Origin: an uncultured Candidatus Saccharibacteria bacterium
GTDB taxonomy: Bacteria; Patescibacteriota; Minisyncoccia; Phycocordibacterales; CAYGLL01
DNA: 64,000 nucleotides
Reading direction: 5' to 3'
Assembly (NCBI GenBank): GCA_964350935.1
Contig: CAYGLL010000005.1
Coordinates: 1,544 to 65,543, forward strand
A program made the translations under genes and the position numbers. The notes beneath the pieces were generated by a model. That model saw nothing but the letters and a program-made list of their open reading frames with translations. It made no database searches and was not told the DNA's origin. This document shows, in pieces, positions 1 to 9,269 of this stretch (positions are counted from its first letter, which is position 1; every line of letters begins with the position of its first letter).

Positions 1-1549
1 CCGGTGTCATAAACACTTTTGTTTCAGTAGTGCGGAAGCGGTTAACGCCCAAGAGCACGCCCGCCTGGGGCAAATCCGTGGGTGCGGGAGCTGCTCCCGC
101 TTTAGCTGTTTTAAGCTGTGGTGCAGCCTTCAAAACACTCGTCGGGAAATGCATGAGGGTCGTCAATTCTTTGAGGTTCATTGGCATGCGTTCATCGTTT
201 GAATAAAGACGGAACGTAAACTCACGCAACAATTTATCGAGCGCACTTCCTTTGGCTCGATTAAACACGAGTTTGTTTCCGTGCGTATTTTCAAACTGGT
301 TAAACGCACTCTCAACATGCGAAAGAATCTCAAGCGCCGAGCTTTCGCTGTGAGATGAGGCAATAAGGCGAATATTAGCGCACACGATCGGACTTCCGAC
401 CTTTGCCGTAATTTGTTCAACTGCTGTCTGGTCTATCACTTCTGGCTTTTTCACCTCGTCCTTCTTCTTATCACTTCCTTTGATTTCCTTGGCAAACATC
501 TTTGCAAACTGAAACACGTGCGCACCGACGGTGTCGGGAACATCGATCGCCTCTTTGACTTTTACGCCGTTGTGAATATCAGAAAGCGCTTTTTTGTATT
601 TTTTGAGATAGTCGGCATCTTTGACCGGAGCAAAAATAATCTGAACTGCTGCACCCTCGCCATCACGATCAATTTTCGAAAAACTGTTGAGAATAGTTGC
701 TAAGGGATCATGATCAAACTCCTCATACGTTTTGAGCGGGAAAATAGGCTTGTTTTTATAGGATGCGTATGAAGCAACTGATGCACCCTTTTCGTTGAAA
801 ATATTGTAGTCGTCTTTGTGCTCGCGAATTTTTGCGCTGTGAAAAATTGAAAGTATGTGTTTCTCGAAGAGATCACACTTGTTATTGGGGATCGCCGCAT
901 AAAAAACAAAGTCGTCGCTGTGATTTTCAACAGCAAGCTCGATCGTAAAATACTGCGCGCTCGTACTCTTGTCCTCGACCGAAAGCATACCCGCATAAAA
1001 CTGCTCCATTCCCGAGACAAGCTCTTTAAGTTGTTTTTCGCGACCCTGTTCGTCGTCGGCGGGAAGACTGATTTCATACAAGGTCATCGAGAGTCCTTTG
1101 AAAAGCGGGTTCGATTCTTTGAAACCTTCAACCGGAAAACCGGCCTTTATATACTGAACCAAGAGGCGCTCGAAATCGTCGGAAAGGTGCGGATTATCCA
1201 TTTTTTCCACAATCGAAAGCACATTTAACACACCTTTCTCGTGAAGAATTCCCATAAGCTCAGACATTTTTGTATCGTGTTCTTCAGGCGCCAAACCGAG
1301 CGCTATTTCCTCCTGTGTTTTTTTGGGAATTGTAAAACCGCGCTCTAAAACCTTACTTGCGGGTTTCTCTTTGTACTCATCAATTTTCTCTTTGATAACA
1401 CCCTCGCGAATCGGTGTTTCGTTTTGTTCTATGAGTTCCTGCTCGCGTTTTGCAACCTCAGCACGTAAAAATTCCAACTCTTCTTCTGGTCGTGAGAATT
1501 TCTCCGGTGAACCGTGGCTAGGTGGAAGTGTAAAACGGCCGAGTGCCAT
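1..1549 (-). CDS. Hypothetical protein, 5' part only (gene runs off the window start); absent from the ORF track because it is partial
   Basis: Hand translation of the reverse strand from ATG at 1549-1547 gives an uninterrupted, protein-like reading frame to position 1 (MALGRFTLPPSHGSPEKFSRPEEELEFLRAEVAKREQELIEQNETPIREG...KGVLNVLSIVEKMDNPHLSDDFERLLVQYIKAGFPVEG...). The frame (highest codon base = 1 mod 3) differs from the short listed ORFs here. An otherwise 1.5 kb gene-free gap would be anomalous in this dense region. No family recognised. Confidence 0.45.
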   Translation of the reverse strand, partial: MALGRFTLPPSHGSPEKFSRPEEELEFLRAEVAKREQELIEQNETPIREGVIKEKIDEYKEKPASKVLERGFTIPKKTQEEIALGLAPEEHDTKMSELMGILHEKGVLNVLSIVEKMDNPHLSDDFERLLVQYIKAGFPVEGFKESNPLFKGLSMTLYEISLPADDEQGREKQLKELVSGMEQFYAGMLSVEDKSTSAQYFTIELAVENHSDDFVFYAAIPNNKCDLFEKHILSIFHSAKIREHKDDYNIFNEKGASVASYASYKNKPIFPLKTYEEFDHDPLATILNSFSKIDRDGEGAAVQIIFAPVKDADYLKKYKKALSDIHNGVKVKEAIDVPDTVGAHVFQFAKMFAKEIKGSDKKKDEVKKPEVIDQTAVEQITAKVGSPIVCANIRLIASSHSESSALEILSHVESAFNQFENTHGNKLVFNRAKGSALDKLLREFTFRLYSNDERMPMNLKELTTLMHFPTSVLKAAPQLKTAKAGAAPAPTDLPQAGVLLGVNRFRTTETKVFMTP

Positions 1550-1608
1550 TCCTATAGTATACCCTGTCTCACTTCATTGAAAAATGAACTGGGGGCGAGG
1601 GAAAAACG

Positions 1609-2574
1609 TTAGTGAATTATGTCTCGCCTCACCGTTTTGCCACGTTTGGCGCTAAATGTTACTGAAACCTGTTCCTGAGGCGGAGGTCGCTTCTCAAATC
1701 GTTGATCGGGGTATGCCGGACCCTGCTGAAACAACCCGAAAAACTCTTTACCGAGTTTCTTAAGTCGACTGTCTGGTTTTTTAGCCTGAGATGGATCAGC
1801 TTTCAGTGCTTCTGGCTGAGCTCCCTGAACCCGCGCAGTAGATCCCGGCATAACCGGTGGCTGAAGAATTCCGGCCATTGAGGAGGGGGTCTGAACTTTA
1901 ATTGGTTCGGGAGGGTTTGCGACAGTTGGAGGTGCGGTTTTTTTAGCTTCAACTGTTGTGCCCGCCGCATCATTAACATGGAGAGCCTCAAGTGAAGTGT
2001 TGGTGCTAAACCCTCCGGTATGCCGGTACATGTTTGTTCCCGTCGGATTTGCGAACGAGACTTCTTCTGGTTTGTTAGTTTTTGCAACGGCCGGATTAGA
2101 AAAACTAATGCTCGATCCGGTGTTTGTTACTGGGGCAGAAACTACTGCCGATGGTTTCTTCTTTGCATCCTCATCGCTTTTTTTTGCACTTTCAGTCTTT
2201 CCGCCGCCCCCGTTTCCCGCCAAAAAACCTGCACCGATGAGTGCAGCGCCGCTCCCCACACCAATGAGCCAACGTTTAAAGAGGCTCTTTTTCGGAGTCG
2301 TTGCTTCCACCTGAACTTCAGTCTCCCGAGCTTCCGTTTCAGGTTCTAATGCCTCAGCTGCTGCAGGAACGTCAGTTTCTGTTCTCAGAGGACGAGCTGC
2401 TGCAGGAGACGCTTCACCCGCAAGTGCATCACGCAAAGATTTTAATCGCTCGAGATCTATTCGTTCTCCTTCTGGTCGTCTTGCTGACGCTTCAAATCTT
2501 CGTGTAGGAACAACACTGCTCCTTTTTTCAGGCGCGTGTTCACCCGGCGACTGTGGCATTTCGATACGAGCCAT
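1609..2574 (-). CDS. Hypothetical low-complexity (Pro/Ala/Thr-rich) protein with one predicted transmembrane segment
   Basis: 321-aa ORF. A hydrophobic Gly/Ala stretch (WLIGVGSGAALIGAGFLAGNGGGG) is flanked by charged, Pro/Ala-rich low-complexity sequence. No catalytic motif. Confidence 0.45.
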   Translation of the reverse strand: MARIEMPQSPGEHAPEKRSSVVPTRRFEASARRPEGERIDLERLKSLRDALAGEASPAAARPLRTETDVPAAAEALEPETEARETEVQVEATTPKKSLFKRWLIGVGSGAALIGAGFLAGNGGGGKTESAKKSDEDAKKKPSAVVSAPVTNTGSSISFSNPAVAKTNKPEEVSFANPTGTNMYRHTGGFSTNTSLEALHVNDAAGTTVEAKKTAPPTVANPPEPIKVQTPSSMAGILQPPVMPGSTARVQGAQPEALKADPSQAKKPDSRLKKLGKEFFGLFQQGPAYPDQRFEKRPPPQEQVSVTFSAKRGKTVRRDIIH

Positions 2575-2577
2575 GTG

Positions 2578-2811
2578 TTAGTTGAGCGAATCCAGATCGC
2601 GCTGAAGAATTTCAATGGTACTCCAGGCATCTTTTTGGTGGTCACTCTCAAGTTGCGGAGCGATAGCACGGGCATGTTCAAGTGCCATAGAGAGATCGGC
2701 TCTATTTTTTGCGGTTCGCGCAACTTTTGCATCTTGAATTACTTCCTTGAATTGATCGGAAGCGCTCTCACCTGAACCAACACCGTCCGTTTGTGGATCG
2801 AGATTCACCAT
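2578..2811 (-). CDS. Small hypothetical protein (77 aa)
   Basis: ORF tightly packed, 4 nt before the next gene on the same strand. No recognisable motif. Confidence 0.3.
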   Translation of the reverse strand: MVNLDPQTDGVGSGESASDQFKEVIQDAKVARTAKNRADLSMALEHARAIAPQLESDHQKDAWSTIEILQRDLDSLN

Positions 2812-2918
2812 AAATACGTAGTAATAATTCTACTTAGTAACGGGAACTTTGCTTTAAGTATAACAAAATACGACCAAACAAAAAGCCCTTGAGGGGCTTC
2901 ATGGAGGTTTGATTCGCC

Positions 2919-3209
2919 TTAAACGGCGAGATTCTGCCGGACCGACTTCAGTTTAAGAGAATCCTCAACCGAACGCTCCTTTTTATCAATTTCCTGAAGC
3001 ATTGAGGCGACACCCTGCAGTGCCTCGCGATATTGGCGGTTAATACTGTTCATGACACGCATGTAGGTTTCAGCGTAACTTAAGTGAAGCGCTGCTTTCT
3101 CTTCTTCAGAGAGGTCACCTTGAAGAAACTGGCTCAAAAGTACGCGAGCCTCGTCAAACTTTTTCGCCTCCAAGAGCTCATCTAATTTTTTTGTATCGAT
3201 AGGTGGCAT
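2919..3209 (-). CDS. Small hypothetical helical protein (96 aa)
   Basis: ORF with charged, heptad-like sequence. It sits 11 nt downstream of the 417-aa coiled-coil gene on the same strand. Confidence 0.4.
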   Translation of the reverse strand: MPPIDTKKLDELLEAKKFDEARVLLSQFLQGDLSEEEKAALHLSYAETYMRVMNSINRQYREALQGVASMLQEIDKKERSVEDSLKLKSVRQNLAV

Positions 3210-3219
3210 AGATAACGTA

Positions 3220-4473
3220 TTATGGGTTTAATTTGGCGATAAGACGACTAATCAAAATTTTCTTGGCCTGACTCATTTTTGGATCGGTAGAAATGACTGT
3301 CAAAGCTTCCTGCAAAAAGTTTTTGACATCATCACCCTCGCGTGAACCAATCCTCTCACGTGTCTTAAACTTCTCAATCGCCCGCTCAAGTGAGGTTAGA
3401 CTGCCGCTCGCTATGACGACCTTATTTATGGCCTCTGTGAGCATTTCGACTGATTTTAGCTCGATCTTTTTGTTCAACTGATCTCTAAACGCGGCCACAT
3501 CCTCGCCCTCAAGGTAATCTTGCCCACCCGTTTCGGCGACTTTCACAATCTTATTGAGATAATCCTGAGCCGCATCTGCTTTTTCAAAGGAGAAGACTTT
3601 TCCCACATCATTTCCCATCGCGTTTAAGCGTTCCTGAACCTTTGCTTTTGCGACCGCAACCACTTCAGCGACCGGCAAAAAACCTTCGGTGAGTTCGGTA
3701 CGGAGTCGGCCAAATTCTTTAAACGCGTCGCTTTTAGCTTGGGCAACATCTTCAATATACTTTATTTCATCCTCAATCTTTTGGAGCTCGGCATTTAATT
3801 TCTCTTGGGAAATTATGCCGAATCGATTCGAAATATTAAACTGATCTTTTGCCTTTGCCCGCTGTTCCATAATAGTGCTGGCAACACCTGTTTCGTCGCT
3901 ACGTTTGAAAAAGGCGCTTATCTTTTCACCCCAGCTTGCCAGTTTCAATAGAGGGAATTGTTCCGGCCCCGCACTTGAGGTACGCGCACCCATAAGCGAC
4001 CACTTACCCTCTTTAAGCTCAGCGAGCTTCTGTGCGATCGCCGTATCACCGCCATACCCCTGAATTTCAGCCTCAAGCTGAAGTATGGCTTCAGTATTAT
4101 GCTTAAAATCCGCTGCCATTTCGGCAACCTCAACAACGCGTTCCGGATCACGAACTGCTTCTTTGCCCAATAAATCTTCGACTGCTTTAAGCTCAGCGTC
4201 GTTTAACTTCAATCCGGTGTCTTTTTCTATCTGCTCACGATAAATCGCACGGAGATCTTTTCCGAGCTCTCCTTTCTTCTCAAAAGCTCTGAAACGTTTT
4301 TCAATCTCCTCTTTATCATTCACCACCGAATCACCGTCTGGAAATTCGGCCAAAAATTCCGGGAAACCTTTCGTATTAAGAGCGGCATCTATATACGCGG
4401 CTTCTTCAAGTGGCACCTCCGCTTCGGAGGAGGGTGTGCCGGTCGGAGCCGGAATTGGTGGAGGACGGGTCAT
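3220..4473 (-). CDS. Hypothetical coiled-coil protein (417 aa)
   Basis: Long ORF rich in E/K/A/L heptad-like segments. N-terminal Pro-rich segment (MTRPPPIPAPTGTPSSEAEVP). No enzymatic motif. Confidence 0.5.
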   Translation of the reverse strand: MTRPPPIPAPTGTPSSEAEVPLEEAAYIDAALNTKGFPEFLAEFPDGDSVVNDKEEIEKRFRAFEKKGELGKDLRAIYREQIEKDTGLKLNDAELKAVEDLLGKEAVRDPERVVEVAEMAADFKHNTEAILQLEAEIQGYGGDTAIAQKLAELKEGKWSLMGARTSSAGPEQFPLLKLASWGEKISAFFKRSDETGVASTIMEQRAKAKDQFNISNRFGIISQEKLNAELQKIEDEIKYIEDVAQAKSDAFKEFGRLRTELTEGFLPVAEVVAVAKAKVQERLNAMGNDVGKVFSFEKADAAQDYLNKIVKVAETGGQDYLEGEDVAAFRDQLNKKIELKSVEMLTEAINKVVIASGSLTSLERAIEKFKTRERIGSREGDDVKNFLQEALTVISTDPKMSQAKKILISRLIAKLNP

Positions 4474-4547
4474 AAATTAATTTACTCGAGACTACTACGT
4501 GTTAATGCTATAGCCTTAAGTGTAACACCCTCGTAATACTTCGCAAT

Positions 4548-5324
4548 CTAGAGCTTGGTCAAAATCTCACCGCCTTTTTTGGTAATGAGAATCGTGTGTT
4601 CAAAATGTGCTGCGAGTGATCCGTCTTTGGTTTCATACGTAAACCCATCACTCCCCAGTTTAATCTCCGAACCACCCAGTGTAAGCATGGGCTCGATCGC
4701 GATCACCATACCTGGCGTGAGTTCTGGTCCCTCACCCTCAGTTCCAAAATTGGGAACATACGGATCTTCGTGGACAGCGTACCCGACACCATGTCCAGCA
4801 AGTTCCCGAATGATGCTGAACTTCCCTTCTGCGCGAACAAACCCTTCGATTGCCGCGCCAACATCTCCCACCGTTTTGCCTGGTCGAATCGCTTTAATGC
4901 CAACGTAGAGAGCTTCCTCGGTAACCCGCATCAATTTTTTTGCTTCTTTGGAAATGTTTCCGACACCCACCGTTATAGCCGAGTCGGTATAGAGGCCGCG
5001 ATGAACAAGGCCGGTGTCGAGCGAAACAACGTCACCCTCTTTTAGAACTTTGTTGCTCTCGTGCGGAACCCCGTGCACCACCTCATTATTTATTGAGAGA
5101 CACAGCGCGGCAGGAAAACCACGTTTTGCGCCGCGAGGTTTGTAATCTAAAAAAGCAGGCGTATCACCCCCCTTTGCAATAAGCTCAAGCGTTAATTCTT
5201 CAAGTTCCGCCCCCGTTACGCCGGGCGCCACTTTCTTTTTAAGCACAGATAAAACAGCCGCGAGGTGCTTTCCGCCCTCACGAAGTATCTCAATATCTTT
5301 GGCTGTTTTAATGGTAATTGCCAT
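4548..5324 (-). CDS. map: Methionine aminopeptidase, type I
   Basis: 258 aa. Pita-bread fold signature with metal-ligand context (CLSINNEVVHGVP, DVVSLDTG, AGHGVGYAVHE, IAIEPML, FEHTILIT) and the length are typical of MetAP-I. Confidence 0.9.
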   Translation of the reverse strand: MAITIKTAKDIEILREGGKHLAAVLSVLKKKVAPGVTGAELEELTLELIAKGGDTPAFLDYKPRGAKRGFPAALCLSINNEVVHGVPHESNKVLKEGDVVSLDTGLVHRGLYTDSAITVGVGNISKEAKKLMRVTEEALYVGIKAIRPGKTVGDVGAAIEGFVRAEGKFSIIRELAGHGVGYAVHEDPYVPNFGTEGEGPELTPGMVIAIEPMLTLGGSEIKLGSDGFTYETKDGSLAAHFEHTILITKKGGEILTKL

Positions 5325-5980
5325 TACCCTCGAGTCTCTACTATCGGTGCAACTTTTGCAAGAATACTGTCATGAACTTCTTCGATAGAGTGTTCACCGT
5401 TTACCTCCACAAAGTGAACATCGCTCTGACCGCGGAAATAATCAATAGCCGGGCGGGTATTTTTTTCAAACCAAGAAAATCGTCGCATAATCTCAGCTTC
5501 ATCATCATCAGACCGGCCACGGCTCTTAAGCCGATCTTTCGCCCATTGTGGCGTTACATTAAGCACAATAATAACCAACTTTTTAAATCCATAGAACTTA
5601 AGCGCACCGTGAACAATCGGGCTTTCGTGTGCTCGGCGAGACACACCGTCGAGAACGAGATGTTCTTTTCCGGTATAGCGGGAAATGAGGAGGTGGGACC
5701 ACAAAGAAATCGGAATAAACTCCGGCAATAAACCTCCGTGATCAATAACTTCTTTTACTACATCGCGAGTGTACCCGGCATTATCGGCAATAAATTCGCG
5801 GATGCGTGCGCCAGTTTCAATATAAAAGACTTCTCGCGAAGGCTTAATCTTTTTTAAGTAGTCGATCAGGAGTTTTGCCTGAGTGCCTTTGCCGGCACCG
5901 GAAATTCCGTAAAAAATAAACGCATGTTGATTATTTTCAAGCATGCGATTGGGTAAGGCGGTTATGGGACGCGGCCGCAA
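5324..5980 (-). CDS. adk: Adenylate kinase-family nucleoside monophosphate kinase
   Basis: P-loop FYGISGAGKGTQAKLL matches GxPGxGKGTQ. VLDGVSRR matches the NMP-binding VLDGFPR motif. The LID-region Arg/Asp run (RLKSRGRSDDDEAEIMRRF) is also present. The true start may be the internal Met at 5944. Confidence 0.8.
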   Translation of the reverse strand: MRPRPITALPNRMLENNQHAFIFYGISGAGKGTQAKLLIDYLKKIKPSREVFYIETGARIREFIADNAGYTRDVVKEVIDHGGLLPEFIPISLWSHLLISRYTGKEHLVLDGVSRRAHESPIVHGALKFYGFKKLVIIVLNVTPQWAKDRLKSRGRSDDDEAEIMRRFSWFEKNTRPAIDYFRGQSDVHFVEVNGEHSIEEVHDSILAKVAPIVETRG

Positions 5981-6074
5981 CGACGGCTCGTTTCTTTTTT
6001 AAATGACCAATAGAATATTTCACGCCTCTAGTATACACAACTTTCATAATAATGAAAATATATCCTAATTAAGT

Positions 6075-6180
6075 GCGCGCGACCTAAATCTCTTGAGCGA
6101 CTTATTCCCTTCGAGCGAAGCGCGGCAGGGATTAGGAGTGCCTGTGGCGCGAAGCGATTAGAGATTGGAAGCACTCTTGT
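6075..6180. repeat. Intergenic repeat family 1, copy 1 (between argS and adk)
   Basis: See copy 2. Contains three GCGAAGCG motifs and the complementary segments AATCTCT/AGAGATT. Confidence 0.7.
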
Positions 6181-6210
6181 AGCGAAGCGCACCACTAACT
6201 TTTAAAGCGA

Positions 6211-6301
6211 AAACTTCTCATTTTAAAATATTGCGCTGGCCGACGGGCCAATCATAGAAGAAATCTCGCAAGATTTCTTCGTGTTTTAAAATGAGAAGTT
6301 T
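6211..6301 (-). terminator. Nested inverted repeat downstream of argS: 18-bp outer stem enclosing a second hairpin
   Basis: AAACTTCTCATTTTAAAA (6211-6228) pairs perfectly with TTTTAAAATGAGAAGTTT (6284-6301). The enclosed hairpin is GAAGAAATCT-CGCA-AGATTTCTTC (6257-6280). It starts 9 nt after the argS stop codon. Confidence 0.4.
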
Positions 6302-6309
6302 GAGCGGCT

Positions 6310-8025
6310 TTACATTTTCCCGGGAACGGAAATGCCGAGCAACGAAAGGCCGTTTCTCATCACAACAACAAATGCCTCGGTGAGTGCGACCTTAAAGGGC
6401 GCTGTTGCGTCCGTCTTGTCTACAATCTTATTCTTTGCATAGTAACTATTGAATTCCCCTGCAAGAGAAATAAGGTAGGTTGCAATATATTGGGGCGAAT
6501 AGTCAGTCTGCGCACGCGTTACCACTTCCGGAAAACGGGCAACGAGTTTGGCAAGTGCCGGAGCCTCGGGTGGTGGGTTTTCAAACGATCCTTTGATTTT
6601 TTCTTTTACCGCGTTTCGAATCACCGATTCAGCGCGCACAATAGAATATTGAAGATACGGCCCTGAATCACCTTCAAATGAGAGCGCGGCCTTTTCATCA
6701 AAAATAATATCTTTACCGATCGTTTGTTTGAGAATCGTGTACTTGATCGCACCGACGGCAACGCGCGTTGCAAGTTCCGGGCGCTCAGTCGAACTGATCT
6801 CGGCGCGTTCTTTCATTTTTTCAATGACTTTTTCAGTAAGTGACGCTATAAGTGACTCCCCTGAAACAATCTTCCCGGTTCGACTCGACATTTTTCCGCT
6901 TGAAAGCTTCATCATGCCATGCGGAATATTTTTATTTTTTCCTTTGAGTATTGGCAAAACCTCATCGATCGCCTTCAAAAGAACCTTGAAATATTCCGCC
7001 TGCTCCTGTGCGGTGATGATAACCGAATGGTCGTAGGGATACCGCTCGTACTTGAGTTTGGCGAGTCCCAGTTCTTTTCCGTCATAGGTCGGAAAACCTT
7101 CGGAGTTAATAAACACACGCGTGTGGAGGCCAAACTTCTCACCCCGAAAAATAATGGCGCCTTCGCTTTTTTCAAAAATACCCTTGGGAAGAAACTCGTT
7201 AATAATCGCAACTCCCACAGGCGCTGATTCGCTCTCAAAAAAATAATGGTCGAAAGTTGTTCCCAGTTTTTTGTACATGACCTCAAAACTCTCGAGGCTC
7301 CAGGTACGGCCGAGTTCATATAAGTGATTCAACTCCTTATCGCTTTTTGCAAAAAGTTTTCGATTTACCTCAATAACGTCTTCTTTAATAGCGTCCGTTT
7401 CTGCGTAGCCCGTCGCGCCTAATGCGTACGCCTTTCCCAGAAACGCAATCTTCTCGTTCAGAGGAGCGTGGCTGACGGGGAGTTCTTCTTTAAGTCGCTC
7501 CATTCCCCACACTGCCTGAGCAACGTTCAAACCCATGTCACCCTGATAACACGCGCGCTTAACTTCAGCCCCGGAAAATTCAGCCAAACGCGAGAGTGCC
7601 TCGCCTATCGTGTTCGACATGAGGTGACCGATATGAAATTCCTTAAACGGATTTGGATCAGTGTATTCATAGATAAACTTCTTTCCCGCATTCAGATTAT
7701 TACGCCCATACTGAGAAGGATTCTTAAGCACCAACTCCAACGCCTCGCACAAACGTGCTTCAGCAAGGTAGATATTGATAAACCCCGGACCGGCAACCTC
7801 AATCTTTCCAATTTCCGGCATATTAACTTCGCGAAGTTTGTCCGCAATTCGCTTTCCTAGGTCAGCAGGATTTAGTTTGTATTCTTTTGCATGCACAAAA
7901 GCGATGTTCGTCGTGTAATCACCGTGTCCGATATCTTCCGGTGGCTCAACACTAAAAGGACCGACTTCGATCGAGAGTGACCGAAGGGCTTCTTCGAGCG
8001 CTGTTCTTATTTTTTCTCTCAGCAT
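6310..8025 (-). CDS. argS: Arginyl-tRNA synthetase
   Basis: 571 aa. N-terminal Arg-tRNA-synthetase add-on domain (IGHGDYTTNIAF), class I HIGH motif (FHIGHLMSN), KMSKS-like MMKLSSGKMSSRTGK, and a C-terminal DALR-type anticodon-binding domain (YIATYLISLAGEFNSYYAKNKIV). Confidence 0.9.
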   Translation of the reverse strand: MLREKIRTALEEALRSLSIEVGPFSVEPPEDIGHGDYTTNIAFVHAKEYKLNPADLGKRIADKLREVNMPEIGKIEVAGPGFINIYLAEARLCEALELVLKNPSQYGRNNLNAGKKFIYEYTDPNPFKEFHIGHLMSNTIGEALSRLAEFSGAEVKRACYQGDMGLNVAQAVWGMERLKEELPVSHAPLNEKIAFLGKAYALGATGYAETDAIKEDVIEVNRKLFAKSDKELNHLYELGRTWSLESFEVMYKKLGTTFDHYFFESESAPVGVAIINEFLPKGIFEKSEGAIIFRGEKFGLHTRVFINSEGFPTYDGKELGLAKLKYERYPYDHSVIITAQEQAEYFKVLLKAIDEVLPILKGKNKNIPHGMMKLSSGKMSSRTGKIVSGESLIASLTEKVIEKMKERAEISSTERPELATRVAVGAIKYTILKQTIGKDIIFDEKAALSFEGDSGPYLQYSIVRAESVIRNAVKEKIKGSFENPPPEAPALAKLVARFPEVVTRAQTDYSPQYIATYLISLAGEFNSYYAKNKIVDKTDATAPFKVALTEAFVVVMRNGLSLLGISVPGKM

Positions 8026-8031
8026 AGATAG

Positions 8032-8721
8032 TTACGCGATTTTAAGAAAATTCTTCACCAGATTCATTACTTTGTGATGAATATCTTCACGCGAGAGCAT
8101 TTTCCCGCGCTCAAAACATTCAATCAATTTCCATTCGGCGCGCTTTTTTGTCATTTCCTTGTAAATGCCGATTACGGTTTCTTGATAGGCGACATTTTTT
8201 TCGTGAATATCTTTTGCGCCCTGCTTGCTCAAATACGAACGCTTTTGTTTCAGAGCAATAAGATCCGCTGAAATATGTGCGGGAACTGACAGATAAATGA
8301 CCAGATCAGGTACGGGCAAGCCCAGCTCCTCATACTCCCCTGTCTCAAGAAATTGAGTAAAGGCAGCACGTTCTCCGCGCGGAAGTTTTGCGGACTGAAA
8401 AACTAAATTGCTTGGCGTGTAGCGATCGCACACTACATTCCCTTCTTTAAGGGCCTCGTCGAGTAAACACTTCGCGCGCGCGCGATCAAGAATGTAGGGC
8501 AGCGAAGAAAGGTACGGTGAGAGCTTAAGAAAATCTCCGAACTCACCGGCAAGACAGCGACCGATCAAATTACCGAACGTTGATTTTTTGTAGCGTGGAA
8601 ATTCGAAACTTGAAACCGGACCGTACTCCTCGAGAGCGTTCGCGAGTAAGCGCGCCTGCGTCGCTTTACCCGATCCATCGGCCCCTTCGATCACAATCAG
8701 TTTCCCCTTATTTCTATACAT
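8032..8721 (-). CDS. tmk: Thymidylate (dTMP) kinase-like P-loop kinase
   Basis: 229 aa. N-terminal KLIVIEGADGSGKATQARLL matches the Tmk P-loop (IEGxxGxGK(S/T)T). DRY-like motif (CDRYTPS) present. Length fits. It sits in a dNTP-metabolism neighbourhood. Confidence 0.7.
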   Translation of the reverse strand: MYRNKGKLIVIEGADGSGKATQARLLANALEEYGPVSSFEFPRYKKSTFGNLIGRCLAGEFGDFLKLSPYLSSLPYILDRARAKCLLDEALKEGNVVCDRYTPSNLVFQSAKLPRGERAAFTQFLETGEYEELGLPVPDLVIYLSVPAHISADLIALKQKRSYLSKQGAKDIHEKNVAYQETVIGIYKEMTKKRAEWKLIECFERGKMLSREDIHHKVMNLVKNFLKIA

Positions 8722-8774
8722 ACGAGCTATTCTACTCTCTAAACAAAAAAAGCGTAAGCCCGGAGGCTTACGCT

Positions 8775-9269
8775 TTATGTATTCAAAGAACTGATAATGG
8801 GAAGGAGTTCACTCATCGACTTGATCCGAAACTGTGGAGTGTCGTGATCCGTCTCAGGCCTGAGATCCATGTATTTGCCGTAGCAAAACAGGACTGTAAC
8901 GCACCCGAGTGCATTCCCGAACCGAATCTCGCGGTCAATCCTGTCGCCAATGACGATGACTTCTTTTGGCTCGCATTTTCGCAAACGAATCTGTCGCGCA
9001 AACGCGTGACCTTTGTCTTCTGCCCGCTCACAGTAGACACATTCGTCCACAACACCTTTGGCATCGAGTCCCAAGACTTTGACCTTCTGCGTCTGGGTCA
9101 GACGGTTTCCAACGGTCACCAACACCTTTGGAAAAACAATCTGCCGTAAGGTGGGAATGGTATCCGGAAACGGCGTGATGTTCAGGAGATTTCGGTATGT
9201 CACATCCAACTGAGCATCAGTGGGAAACGCGGTATTATCCAGGTCCCAAAGACCGAGCCTAATCGCCAT
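8775..9269 (-). CDS. HAD-superfamily hydrolase (small phosphatase)
   Basis: N-terminal LWDLDNTAF matches HAD motif I (DxDxT). 164 aa. Overlaps the next gene by 11 nt, suggesting translational coupling. Confidence 0.55.
   Translation of the reverse strand: MAIRLGLWDLDNTAFPTDAQLDVTYRNLLNITPFPDTIPTLRQIVFPKVLVTVGNRLTQTQKVKVLGLDAKGVVDECVYCERAEDKGHAFARQIRLRKCEPKEVIVIGDRIDREIRFGNALGCVTVLFCYGKYMDLRPETDHDTPQFRIKSMSELLPIISSLNT

Noticed and set aside
1100-1125. GGGTTCGATTC (T-loop-like) motif as a tRNA hint
   Set aside because: It lies inside the partial coding frame (translates as KESNPLF on the minus strand), and no cloverleaf could be built. No other T-loop-like motif was found in intergenic regions, so no tRNA is reported.
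1803-2507. Several ORFs (94, 118, 109 and 68 aa) overlapping the 321-aa low-complexity gene 1609-2574 on both strands
   Set aside because: Repetitive Pro/Ala-coding DNA keeps the other frames open. Only the longest frame with a hydrophobic segment was kept, and even that is low-confidence.
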